Positions 37,478-47,858 of a stretch of 64,000 nt of DNA are shown piece by piece. Below the pieces are notes generated by a model, which saw only the letters and a program-made list of their open reading frames with translations, did no database searches and had not been told where the DNA came from. The DNA lies in assembly GCA_934129895.1 (NCBI GenBank), contig CAKOWY010000003.1:15031-79030 (forward strand), read 5' to 3'. Source of the DNA: an uncultured Clostridia bacterium (GTDB lineage Bacteria; Bacillota; Clostridia; TANB77; CAG-508). Both the position numbers and the translations under genes were made by a program. Each line of letters begins with the position of its first letter. Position 1 is the stretch's first letter.

Positions 37478-38488
37478 TTATTCAAAGTAATCTAACTTCA
37501 TTGCTTTTTTTACTTTTTTCATAGTTTCTTTTGCAACTTTTCTTGCTTTTTCAGTTCCTTCTATTAACACTTTATCCACTTCATCTAAATGTTGTTCATA
37601 ATATTCTCTTTTTTCTCTAATTGGTTGTAAATAGTCACTTATATTTTGAGCTAATTGTTTTTTACATGCTACACAACCTCTTTTTCCTGCTCTACACTCT
37701 TCGCAAACTTTTTTATAATCTTCTTTATCTGTAAATAAATTGTGATAATAAGAAACCATACAAACATCTGGATTACCTGGATCATCTTTTTTTATTCTAT
37801 TTTTATCAGTCACTGCTCCCATTACCTTTTCTTTAATTACTTCTGGTGTATCTGATAAATATATTGCATTTCCAAGAGATTTTCCCATTTTTTCATTTCC
37901 ATCTAATCCCTTTATTCTTTTTCCTTCTGAAAGTACTGCTTTAGGTTCTTTTAATGTTTCTCCATATATGCTATTAAATTTTCTTACTATTTCTCTACAT
38001 TGTTCTATTAAAGGTTCTTGATCTTCTCCAGTTGGTACGATTTCACCTTCAAATGTTGTAATATCTGCTGCTTGACTTACAGGATATCCTAAAAATCCAT
38101 AAGTAACACTTTCTCCAAAAATATCTCTTTTTTGTGCTATTTCTGTTTTTACTGTTGGATTTCTTTCTAATCTTGCTATTGTTACCAAATTTGAATAAAA
38201 CACTGTCAATTCCGCTGTTTCTGGTATCATTGATTGTACATATATAGTTGTCTTTGTAGGATCTATTCCACAAGATAAATAATCAATTGCTAACTCTCTT
38301 ACATTTTTTCTTACTTTATCTGGATTATTAAAGTTGTCTGTTAATGCTTGAACATCTGCTATTAATATGTATTGGTCATATTCCCCACTATTTTGCAATT
38401 CAACTCTTTTTTTCAATGATCCAAAATAATGTCCTATATGTAATCTTCCTGTTGGTCTATCTCCTGTTAATATTCTCTTTTTATTCAT
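37478..38488 (-). CDS. trpS: tryptophan--tRNA ligase with C-terminal Cys cluster
   Basis: HIGH 'GRLHIGHYFG' and KMSKS 'KMGKS'. Cys pattern 'DVCMVSY...VCEECRAGKRGCVACK'. Confidence 0.85.
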   Translation of the reverse strand: MNKKRILTGDRPTGRLHIGHYFGSLKKRVELQNSGEYDQYILIADVQALTDNFNNPDKVRKNVRELAIDYLSCGIDPTKTTIYVQSMIPETAELTVFYSNLVTIARLERNPTVKTEIAQKRDIFGESVTYGFLGYPVSQAADITTFEGEIVPTGEDQEPLIEQCREIVRKFNSIYGETLKEPKAVLSEGKRIKGLDGNEKMGKSLGNAIYLSDTPEVIKEKVMGAVTDKNRIKKDDPGNPDVCMVSYYHNLFTDKEDYKKVCEECRAGKRGCVACKKQLAQNISDYLQPIREKREYYEQHLDEVDKVLIEGTEKARKVAKETMKKVKKAMKLDYFE

Positions 38489-38510
38489 ATTGTTGTTGCC
38501 CCCTAATTTG

Positions 38511-40334
38511 TTATTTTTTTCTATGTAATGGTATTATAATATTAAATTCTGTACCTTTTCCTTCTTCTGTTTTATATACTATGTCTCCTCCAAAATGTGC
38601 TTTTATATTTGAGTATGACATATATAATCCTAATCCTGTTCCATTTTTTCCTTTTGTTGTAACCATTTCTTTAAATAGTTTTTCTTGAACTTCTTTTGGT
38701 AATCCTCCAGCAAAATCTCTAACTGTAAAGATTATATCTTCACCATTTTTATTTACTTCTAATTCTATATTTTGATTTCGCTTTCCATTATACGCTTGGA
38801 TTGCATTTGATATCATATTATTTACTACCTGAACTAAACTATTTACATCCCCATCTAATGTTATATTTTCATCTGTTCTCATTAAAACATTTAAATATAT
38901 ATATGCATTTTTTAATTCGTGCTTCATTAATATATCTACTCTTTTTACAAGTTCTTCTATTGTAAATGTTACTGCTTGATCATTTGACAATGCTACCGCT
39001 TGTCCTTTTACTGTTGTAATAATATCTGACATATATTCAATATGTGCTCTTATCTTAGGAATCCAACTTTCCATTTCTGCTGCTATTTCATGATGATCTT
39101 GCGAATTTACTAATGGATCATCTATTGATTCGTCATATTCTTTTATTAGATTTTCTAGCCCCTCTGCTGCACCTGCTATTGACATTATTGGTGTTTTTAA
39201 GTTATGTGCTATTCCTCCTATTAATTGTCCTAATGATGCTAAACGTTCTCTTTCCATTAATATTTCTTGGTTATTTTTTATTGTTTCCATATCTTCTTTA
39301 TGTTGAGTTATATCTTTCAATAAAAATAATGTTCCTAATGAATTATTATCCGAGCTTATTGGTGTTATCTCTATTTTAAAATATTTCTTTATTTTTTCAA
39401 AATGTTGTTCAAAAGATATTGTTGTTTCTGTTGTATTTGCTTTATTAATTGAACTCTCGATTTTGGTAACTGCTCTACTTGATATTTGTTTTTGTTGTAA
39501 AAATTTTATAAAATTTTTACTTCTAATATCTGCTGGCTTTAATTTAAAAATATCTAAAAATGTTTTATTAAAATCTGTTATCATATTATTTTCATCTAAA
39601 ACAACATATCCATCAGAAATTCTATCTACTATCTCTTGTAATGCAATTGGGGTTAATTTGAATAGATCAAATTTAAATATTCCAATAGTAAAACATATAA
39701 TAGTTACAGAAAATGCTATTGGTGTAGCATATATTGAAACACTAACACTTCCTATACTTCCAAGCATATTTACAACAATAGGTACCAAAGAACCTATTAT
39801 TAACATTATAGCTTGCTTTGAAAAGAACCCAGAATTTTTTATAGAATATCTTAATAATTTTATTAAAGATATTGCTAATAATAAATATGTATAATATGTA
39901 TGTACATAAAACCATGGTCCATAAGCTGTAGACAAACTCATTGAATATTCTTTATAAAATAAATGATGAAAATCATTTGTCCATAATAATATTAATGATG
40001 TTATTGGTATAATACAAAGTAATAAATACCATTTTTTAAATTTGAATTTTCCATTTTCAAATATGTTTGTCATAATATAAAATGCTACAGGCAAAAAGCA
40101 AATACTTATATAGTACAAATCAAAAAAGTACTTTAATTTTATATTATATTTGTCTAAAAATATAATCTGTAATATCATTCCTATTACCCAAAATAAAATT
40201 AATGCAAATATAACTATAAATATTTTAGACAAATCTTTTTTCTTTTTTGGTTTTACCAATTGTGTTAAAAATAATATTAATATTGCAGAAACAAAAACGA
40301 GTATCCAAAATACTATTGAATCAGTTGTTGACAT
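38511..40334 (-). CDS. orphan sensor histidine kinase (N-terminal 7TM domain, PAS, HisKA, HATPase)
   Basis: About seven TM helices, a PAS-like middle region, H-box 'GGIAHNLKTP', N-box 'NMISNAIQA', 'RDFAGGL', 'GTGLGL'. No response regulator is adjacent. Confidence 0.8.
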   Translation of the reverse strand: MSTTDSIVFWILVFVSAILILFLTQLVKPKKKKDLSKIFIVIFALILFWVIGMILQIIFLDKYNIKLKYFFDLYYISICFLPVAFYIMTNIFENGKFKFKKWYLLLCIIPITSLILLWTNDFHHLFYKEYSMSLSTAYGPWFYVHTYYTYLLLAISLIKLLRYSIKNSGFFSKQAIMLIIGSLVPIVVNMLGSIGSVSVSIYATPIAFSVTIICFTIGIFKFDLFKLTPIALQEIVDRISDGYVVLDENNMITDFNKTFLDIFKLKPADIRSKNFIKFLQQKQISSRAVTKIESSINKANTTETTISFEQHFEKIKKYFKIEITPISSDNNSLGTLFLLKDITQHKEDMETIKNNQEILMERERLASLGQLIGGIAHNLKTPIMSIAGAAEGLENLIKEYDESIDDPLVNSQDHHEIAAEMESWIPKIRAHIEYMSDIITTVKGQAVALSNDQAVTFTIEELVKRVDILMKHELKNAYIYLNVLMRTDENITLDGDVNSLVQVVNNMISNAIQAYNGKRNQNIELEVNKNGEDIIFTVRDFAGGLPKEVQEKLFKEMVTTKGKNGTGLGLYMSYSNIKAHFGGDIVYKTEEGKGTEFNIIIPLHRKK

Positions 40335-40337
40335 CTG

Positions 40338-42062
40338 TTATATCTCCTTCCTTATCAATTCAATAAATTTACTTATGTAATTATTTGAAATCTCTGGCCA
40401 ATTAAATTTACATTTTTTCAAATAATTAATTGTAAAGTTAGAATTTAAAATTATATCACTATTATAATTTAAATGATAATTATTATCAAGATCACTAACT
40501 ATATTTTGTAAATTTATTTTTTTCTGTTCATTTTGTAAAATTTCTGATATCTGCTTTTTAAATATTGTTTCTGGCACAACTTCCATTTTATATCCAAATT
40601 CTTTTATTATATCAAAATAATCTTTTAAAGTAACTGTATTATGATTATATACATGAAATATCCTATTTGTTTTTGAAAAATTAGTTACAATTTTATATAT
40701 AGCATTTGCAGCAATATCTACAGGTGTAAACTCAAGTTGATTTTCTAATAAATACTCAGGAACTATTCCTAGTTTCATAAATAATGCCACTTTAGTTATA
40801 AATGCGTTTTCATTTATATTTTCTTGAAAATGTCCATCACATAGTCTTGGCATTAAATTTCCTAGACGAAGAATATATGCATCAACACCATTTGCAATTG
40901 CATTTAAAATAATTGTTTCCGCTTCAAATTTTGTATATGTATATACATTATCAAGATATTGACCTATATACAAAGAACTTTCATTAAATTCTTTTTTATT
41001 TCCATACTCACCACTTAATTTTTTTCCTGAAACTCCAGTTGTAGAAATTTGATAAAATCTCTTGTTAAATGTTTTACAAAAGTCAACAATGTATTTTACA
41101 CTTTTAACATTTGTATCATAAAATTTGTCATATACACCAAAATGGGCAACATTTGCAGCACTATTTATTACTAAATCAGCCTCTTCTGAAATTTTTAACA
41201 GATCCTTATCTGACAATCCAAAATTCGGTTGACATATATCTCCTTGAACAAGAACTATTTTATCTCCAATATATTTGTTATATTTCTCACCAAAATAATA
41301 AGTTAATTTTTGAGTTATTTTTCTTGTTATAGACATACCTGGTTCTTTTCTAATTATACAATAAATTTTTCCATTTTCGTTTTTCAAAAATTCCTCTAGT
41401 ATATGTATTCCTAAATATCCTGTAACTCCTGTAAGTAATATATTACGAGGATGATACTCTTGGATTTTTTCATCATTTCTTGTATTTTTTAATATATTTA
41501 AAGAACTTTCTGGAATTTCTTCAATTTTATTATGTTGAAATTCATCATTTGAATTTATTTTTTCTTCAATATCTAAAACTGTTGAACACTTAAATATATC
41601 AGAATAAGAAATCTTATTTGTAATTTCTAATAATTCTATATTTAATTTCATAGCTAATAAAGAATCTCCCCCAAGTTCAAAGAAATTATCATTTATTCCA
41701 ATTGGACTAACATTTAAAACTTTTTGAAAAATATCAACTAATTTTTTCTCTAATTCATTTCCAGGAGCAATATATTCTTCACCACATAACTTTGATAAAT
41801 TTTGTGGTAATGGTAATTTTTTTCTATCTATTTTTCCATTTGGAGTATATATAAACTCATCTAATGGAACATAATATGATGGAACCATATATCGTGGCAA
41901 ACTTTTAGAAAGATATTTTCTCAATTCATTTATAGAAATTCTTTTATTTGCAACAAAATATGCAGAAATAAAATCTCTATTGTTAGCAGTTTGTTTTAAA
42001 ACTGCTACTTTTTCTATATTTGGATATTTTGAAATTAAATTTTCGATTTCTCCGTAATTCAA
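40338..42062 (-). CDS. NRPS fragment: end of A2, T2 and terminal thioester reductase (downstream half of one frameshifted gene)
   Basis: A10 'NGKIDRKKLP', T 'LGGDSLLAMKL', R domain 'LLTGVTGYLGIHILEEF' and 'YTYTKFEAE'. The ORF-track Met is not a real start; the frame continues from 41983-47739. Confidence 0.8.
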   Translation of the reverse strand: MNYGEIENLISKYPNIEKVAVLKQTANNRDFISAYFVANKRISINELRKYLSKSLPRYMVPSYYVPLDEFIYTPNGKIDRKKLPLPQNLSKLCGEEYIAPGNELEKKLVDIFQKVLNVSPIGINDNFFELGGDSLLAMKLNIELLEITNKISYSDIFKCSTVLDIEEKINSNDEFQHNKIEEIPESSLNILKNTRNDEKIQEYHPRNILLTGVTGYLGIHILEEFLKNENGKIYCIIRKEPGMSITRKITQKLTYYFGEKYNKYIGDKIVLVQGDICQPNFGLSDKDLLKISEEADLVINSAANVAHFGVYDKFYDTNVKSVKYIVDFCKTFNKRFYQISTTGVSGKKLSGEYGNKKEFNESSLYIGQYLDNVYTYTKFEAETIILNAIANGVDAYILRLGNLMPRLCDGHFQENINENAFITKVALFMKLGIVPEYLLENQLEFTPVDIAANAIYKIVTNFSKTNRIFHVYNHNTVTLKDYFDIIKEFGYKMEVVPETIFKKQISEILQNEQKKINLQNIVSDLDNNYHLNYNSDIILNSNFTINYLKKCKFNWPEISNNYISKFIELIRKEI

Positions 42063-45000
42063 TTCGTAATCCTCTAATTTTTATTTGATTGTCACTTCTT
42101 CCTAAGCAAATAATATTTCCATCATCTAAATATCTTCCTAAATCACCACTTTTATACATTAGTGTATCTTTTATGAATGGATTCTTTACAAAACTTTTAC
42201 TTGTTAGTTCTAAATTATTAAGATATCCTCTTGCTAATCCATCACCAGAAATATATATTTCCCCAACAACTCCTACTGGAACTGGTTGTAAATCTTTATC
42301 TAATATATACATTTGATCATTGTAAAATGGTTTTCCTATTGTAATAAAATCATCTTTTACTTCTGTAAGTGTACAATAATATGTTTCAGTTGGTCCATAT
42401 CCATCATATATAGTTATATTTGCCAAACTCTTTAATTTTTTTACTAATGCTATAGGCACTTGTTCACCAGTTAATGTTAGATATTTTAAATCTTTTAAAC
42501 TAGGAATATTTTCTATATCATTAACAAATATTTGCATTACAGATGGTGTTGCCTGTGTTGCTGTAACATTATTTTTTATAATTACATCATTTAATAATTT
42601 TGGAGTAGTTTGTTCATCTTCATTTGCAATTACAACTTTCACTCCTCTTTGCAATGGAATAAGAGCTTCGTATGAAAATATATCAAAACTTACTGTTGAA
42701 ATAGATACTATAGCTTGATCTTGTGGATTTTTTAAATATCCCACATAATCATTGCAATAATTTGCAAAGTTTACAAGTGTTTTATGTTTTTGCATAACTC
42801 CCTTTGGTTTTCCTGTTGAACCAGAAGTAAAAATAATATAAAGTAAATCATTTAAGCTATTTATATTCTTTATATTTTCATTAGGTAATCCATATATGTC
42901 ATTATTGTCCAAATCTACTATTATTTGATTTTTATAGTTCATTTTTTTAGCAATTTTCTTACATGTAAGCAATATAGATGCAGATGCTTCTTCTAGCATA
43001 TAATTTATTCTTTCTTCTGGGTAATTTGGATCGATTGGAATATAAGTTCCTCCAGCTTTCATAATTCCCAATATAGCAATAATCATTTCTAATGATCTGT
43101 TTACCATTACACCTATTGCATCTTCTCTTTTAACTTGCTTTACATTTCTTAAGTAATATGCTAAACTATTAGCTTTTTCATTTAATTCTTTATAAGTCAA
43201 TTTTTTATCTTCAAATACTAGAGCTATTTTGTCTGGTGTTTTGTTTACTTGCTCTTCAAAAAGAGTAGAAAATGTTTTTTCTGGATATTCTTTATAAGTA
43301 TTATTAAATCCATAAAGTATTTTATTTTTCTCTTTAGCTGAAAGTATTTGTATTTCTTTTATTTTTGAGTTCGTATTTCTCATAATATAATCTATTGTAT
43401 TCATATAATTTTCAAATAGATTTTCTATAGTTTCTTTCTTAAATAAGTCAGTACAATATTCAATATTAATTGAATGTGTTTTGGGTTGAATTTCTAAAGA
43501 CAAATTGAATTTTGAAATCTTATTATTAATTGATACTACTTGTGCTTCTTTATCATTTATTTTTAAGAATGTTTCCTGCTTATTTTGGTAAGTAAACATT
43601 ACATCAAATAATGGATTTCTTGAAGCATCTGTATCAACTTTTAATTTTTTTATCAGCATATCAAATGGATATGGTTGATATGTCAAATCCTCTAATAATT
43701 GTTCTTTTATTTCAATCAAAAATTCTTCAAATGTCTTTTCTGAATCTATTTTTCCTCTTAAAACTATATTATTAACAAACATTCCGAACATTCTCTTTGT
43801 TTCATTTCTATCTCTATTTGCAATAGGACTACCTATGTTTATATCGTCTTGTCCTGTGTATTTATATAATATTACAAAAAGAATTGAAACAAAAAACATA
43901 TATGGAGATACTCCTAATTTTTTCGCATATCTCTCCATTTTTCTAAAAAGTTTTTCATCAATAACATTTATTATTTTCTTTCCATTATAAGATCTTAATG
44001 TAGGAACTTTATAATCATAAGGTAAGTTTAATTGTGAAAAACTGCAGTCTTTAAATTTATTTACCCAATAATCTTCTTGAGTTTTTATTAGTGAACTATT
44101 ATTATATTCATTTTCCCATACTGCATAATCTTTATATTGAATTGGTATATTCTTTAAATCCTCTCCATTATATAATCTATTAAATTCTATAACTAAATTA
44201 TTTAAAGCTGTTCCATCCATTATTATATGATGTGTATCTAATAACAATAATGTCTTTTTATTATCTATATAATGCATTTCAACTCTGAATAATGGAGCCT
44301 TCTCAAGTTCAAATGGTTTAGAAAAAGTATTTACTATATCTTGAATTTCACTTTCACTATTCTGATATGTATCAATATTAAATTTAACCTTATCTTCAAC
44401 TTTTTGTACAACTGATTCATTCTCAACAACAAATGATGTTCTTAACGTACTATGTCTATTAATTATTTTTTCAAATACATTTTGTACTTTATCTTTATCT
44501 AAAATTTCATCAATAATCATTGCCCATGGCATATTATAAACAATATTATTGTCCCCAATCATTTTTACATTATAATAAATTCTTTTTTGAGCTGATGACA
44601 AAGGATAACTTTCTTGAATTGGAGCTTTTTCTATTTTAATTTTCAAAGTATTATTTGTTCTATTTTGTTTTATATAATCAGACATATCTTTTATTGTATA
44701 ATTTGATAAAAGATCTTTTATATTTATTTGTACATTAAATTTAGATAAAATCTTTGTTGATAATGTAATCGCTGTTAATGAATCTCCTCCAAGTTCTAAT
44801 AAAGTATTATTTATTCCAACATTAGTAACTTGCAACATTTTTTCTATTATTTTAATTAATTCTTTATCTATTTCATTTCTTGGTTTTATAGCTTTTTTAT
44901 TATTTCCCTTAAATTCAGGATCTGGCAATGATTTTCTATCTATCTTACCATTTAATGTATATGGAAATTTCTCTAATTGGATAAAATATTGTGGAATCAT

Positions 45001-47739
45001 ATATTCTGGTAATTCTTTATTTATTGATTCTTTCAACAAATTTTTGTCGACTTTTTCTGATGTATAATATGCAATTAATGCATCTCTGTTATTTACTTTT
45101 CTTTTTAAAACAACTGCTTGCTTTATTCCACTATAATTTTCTATTACGTTTTCAATTTCCCCTAATTCAATTCTAAATCCTCTAATTTTAACTTGGAAAT
45201 CGGTTCTTCCAAGATGAACAATATCTCCACTTTCTTTATAATATGCTAAATCATTTGTATTATATATTGTTTTCCCATTAAATGGATTTTTTACGAACTT
45301 TTCATTTGTTAACTCTTCTCTATTTAAGTACCCTTTTGAAACACCATTTCCACCAATATAAAGTTCACCTGGTATTCCAAATGGTAATAATTTGCAATTT
45401 TTATTTAAAATATAACATTGTGTATTAGCAATTGGATATCCTATTGTTATTTCTTTTTCATTTGTTAATTCTTTTACTGTTGACCAAATTGTTGTTTCTG
45501 TCGGTCCATACATATTAAATATTTTTGCTTTTGTGTTTTTTTGCATTTTACATAACAGTTTATTTCCAATTGATTCTCCTCCAACTAAAATTTCTGTCAA
45601 GTTCTTTATAAACTCTAAATTATTTTTTTCTGCAAATATTGTTGAATATCTTGATGGAGTTGTTTGTATCATATTTACTTTATTTTTTAGGCATAATTCA
45701 TTTAACAATACTGGCATATTTTGTTCCTCTTCATTAGCAATTACTAATGTCATTCCAGATGTTAATGCTCCCCATATTTCTAATCCAAATATATCAAAAC
45801 AAATAGTTGTTACAGATACCATTGTTTTTTGTGAATTAAAGTCTATTATCTTTTTTATTCCATTTATAAAATTGCATAAATTTTTATTTGTTACCATTAC
45901 TCCTTTTGGTTTTCCTGTAGAACCTGATGTATAAATAACATACGCTAATGTATTTGGATCAATTTTTGTTTTTATATTCTCATTTTCACTATTATATATA
46001 TGATTTTCTTTTATACCTATATTAATTTTTAAACAATCATCCAAACTTACTTTATCTGTATTTTCATTTACTAAAATAACCTTTGTACTACTATTTTCAA
46101 TCATATATTTTATTCTATCAATTGGATATTCTGGATCTATTGGTAAATAAGTTGCACCACATTTTAAAATTGCTATTAGTCCAATAATCATTTCAGGTGA
46201 TCTATTAACCATAATTCCAACAATATCTTCTTGATTTATATCATTTTTCATTAATTCTCTTGCTAATTGATTTGCTCTTCTATTTAACTCAAAATAAGTC
46301 ATTTTCTCTTCATTACTAACAATAGCAATCTTATTTGGTGTATTAATTACTTGTTTTTCAAAATATTCTATAATAGTTTTCTCTTCATCATATTCCAAAT
46401 CTGTTTTATTAAATTCCACAAGCAATTTTTCTTTTTCATCTGGAGTAACAATATCAATCTGACTAAGCTTTACATCTTCGTTTGAAATTACTTGTTTCAT
46501 AATATTTAATATTCTTTTGTGAATATTTGAAATATCTTCTGAATTATAAATACTTGTTTTATAATCATAAGCAACATTCAAATTTCCAGTATCATTCAAA
46601 TCATAAATTTGAATATCAATATTATCTGCACAACATCCATTAAATGTCCATTCTGTTTCATATTCAATATTTCCTTCGTTTTGTTTTGCATTTGTAATTT
46701 GATATGATAACAAAATATTATATAAATTTGGAATGCTTTTATTTTCTTTTCTTAGCTCTTCTAATAAACTTTGATATGAATATTTTTGATGTTTCAACAT
46801 ATCCATAGAATCTCTTGATATATTTTTTACAAATTCCTTAAATTCTATATCTTCATTAAGATTAATCTTAAATGGAATCATATTTATAAACATTCCAGCA
46901 GCATTCTTTTCTTTAAAATTAGTTCTGTTTAAAATAGGTGTGCCTATAACAAATTCATCTAAATTTGAAATTTCACCAATATATATTGCAGATACTGCCA
47001 TAAAGAAGTTATATAATGATATTTTATTTTCTTTACAATAATTTTTTATTTTTGTTACATTTTCTTTTGAAATTTCATATTGTTTTCTCTCTCCAGTAGG
47101 ATCTGTTTCGTCAATATCTCCCTTTACACTTCCTGGTATTCTTGCAATTTCTGGAATAGTTTTAAATCTATCTATCCAATATTTTTTATCTTTGTTAAAT
47201 TTTTCACTTTTTTGGTATTCTTGCTCTGATTTAATATAGTCTATATAAGAATATATAGCCTTTGTTTCAACTTCTTTATTTTGAATTAATTCTGAATAAG
47301 TCTTTATAATGTCATTACAAATAAGCGCTAATGTCCACGCGTCTGAAATTAGATGGTGTATATTAAGCATAAAAGCCCCTTTTCCATCTATAAATTTAAA
47401 GATATAAAATTTAAATAATTTTGAATTCTCTAATTGAAATTTTGTTTTTATAATTCTGTTTCTTTCTTCTTCTAGCTGATTTTTGCCCGCAATATTAATA
47501 GTGTCTATCTGAATTTCTTTTTTTTCAGATAACACCTGTTCAACATTTCCATTATTCAATTTAAACTCTAGCCAGAAATTATCATGTTTTTTGCACACAA
47601 TTTGTATAGATTCTTTTAGTTTTTCGAAATCTACCTTTTCATTAATTATTGCTGTTCCGCAAATAGAATTTACTGAACTACCTTTATAATATTGTTCAGT
47701 AACCCAAATTGATTTTTGAGAATAGGTTAGTTCTTTCAT
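41983..47739 (-). CDS. NRPS fragment: C-A-T-C-A (upstream part of one frameshifted gene)
   Basis: C1 'HHLISDAW', A1 'YTSGSTGKPKGV...NGKIDRKSLP', T1 'LGGDSLTAI', C2 'HHIIMDGT', A2 'FTSGSTGKPKGV...IKIRGLRIEL', then out-of-frame nonsense. Confidence 0.85.
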   Translation of the reverse strand: MKELTYSQKSIWVTEQYYKGSSVNSICGTAIINEKVDFEKLKESIQIVCKKHDNFWLEFKLNNGNVEQVLSEKKEIQIDTINIAGKNQLEEERNRIIKTKFQLENSKLFKFYIFKFIDGKGAFMLNIHHLISDAWTLALICNDIIKTYSELIQNKEVETKAIYSYIDYIKSEQEYQKSEKFNKDKKYWIDRFKTIPEIARIPGSVKGDIDETDPTGERKQYEISKENVTKIKNYCKENKISLYNFFMAVSAIYIGEISNLDEFVIGTPILNRTNFKEKNAAGMFINMIPFKINLNEDIEFKEFVKNISRDSMDMLKHQKYSYQSLLEELRKENKSIPNLYNILLSYQITNAKQNEGNIEYETEWTFNGCCADNIDIQIYDLNDTGNLNVAYDYKTSIYNSEDISNIHKRILNIMKQVISNEDVKLSQIDIVTPDEKEKLLVEFNKTDLEYDEEKTIIEYFEKQVINTPNKIAIVSNEEKMTYFELNRRANQLARELMKNDINQEDIVGIMVNRSPEMIIGLIAILKCGATYLPIDPEYPIDRIKYMIENSSTKVILVNENTDKVSLDDCLKINIGIKENHIYNSENENIKTKIDPNTLAYVIYTSGSTGKPKGVMVTNKNLCNFINGIKKIIDFNSQKTMVSVTTICFDIFGLEIWGALTSGMTLVIANEEEQNMPVLLNELCLKNKVNMIQTTPSRYSTIFAEKNNLEFIKNLTEILVGGESIGNKLLCKMQKNTKAKIFNMYGPTETTIWSTVKELTNEKEITIGYPIANTQCYILNKNCKLLPFGIPGELYIGGNGVSKGYLNREELTNEKFVKNPFNGKTIYNTNDLAYYKESGDIVHLGRTDFQVKIRGFRIELGEIENVIENYSGIKQAVVLKRKVNNRDALIAYYTSEKVDKNLLKESINKELPEYMIPQYFIQLEKFPYTLNGKIDRKSLPDPEFKGNNKKAIKPRNEIDKELIKIIEKMLQVTNVGINNTLLELGGDSLTAITLSTKILSKFNVQINIKDLLSNYTIKDMSDYIKQNRTNNTLKIKIEKAPIQESYPLSSAQKRIYYNVKMIGDNNIVYNMPWAMIIDEILDKDKVQNVFEKIINRHSTLRTSFVVENESVVQKVEDKVKFNIDTYQNSESEIQDIVNTFSKPFELEKAPLFRVEMHYIDNKKTLLLLDTHHIIMDGTALNNLVIEFNRLYNGEDLKNIPIQYKDYAVWENEYNNSSLIKTQEDYWVNKFKDCSFSQLNLPYDYKVPTLRSYNGKKIINVIDEKLFRKMERYAKKLGVSPYMFFVSILFVILYKYTGQDDINIGSPIANRDRNETKRMFGMFVNNIVLRGKIDSEKTFEEFLIEIKEQLLEDLTYQPYPFDMLIKKLKVDTDASRNPLFDVMFTYQNKQETFLKINDKEAQVVSINNKISKFNLSLEIQPKTHSINIEYCTDLFKKETIENLFENYMNTIDYIMRNTNSKIKEIQILSAKEKNKILYGFNNTYKEYPEKTFSTLFEEQVNKTPDKIALVFEDKKLTYKELNEKANSLAYYLRNVKQVKREDAIGVMVNRSLEMIIAILGIMKAGGTYIPIDPNYPEERINYMLEEASASILLTCKKIAKKMNYKNQIIVDLDNNDIYGLPNENIKNINSLNDLLYIIFTSGSTGKPKGVMQKHKTLVNFANYCNDYVGYLKNPQDQAIVSISTVSFDIFSYEALIPLQRGVKVVIANEDEQTTPKLLNDVIIKNNVTATQATPSVMQIFVNDIENIPSLKDLKYLTLTGEQVPIALVKKLKSLANITIYDGYGPTETYYCTLTEVKDDFITIGKPFYNDQMYILDKDLQPVPVGVVGEIYISGDGLARGYLNNLELTSKSFVKNPFIKDTLMYKSGDLGRYLDDGNIICLGRSDNQIKIRGLRIELRRNRKFNFKISKYRKSSSFKTNC

Positions 47740-47779
47740 TTTTTTACATCCTTTTATTTTGAGTTTTCAACACTTTATC

Positions 47780-47809
47780 ATTATAGCATATTTTAACAAA
47801 TTATGTCAA
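47780..47809 (-). promoter_or_regulatory. promoter of the NRPS gene (TTGACA-18-TATAAT)
   Basis: On the minus strand the -35 is at 47809-47804 and the -10 at 47785-47780 with TGC just upstream. RBS AAGGA precedes the ATG at 47739. Confidence 0.55.
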
Positions 47810-47821
47810 ATTTTTTTATGC

Positions 47822-47852
47822 AAAAAAAAGATGAATTTTACATTCATCTTTT
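47822..47852 (-). terminator. rho-independent terminator after the cmk-HD unit
   Basis: AAGATGAAT-GTAAA-ATTCATCTT stem followed by T8 on the minus strand. Confidence 0.7.
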
Positions 47853-47858
47853 TCCTTT

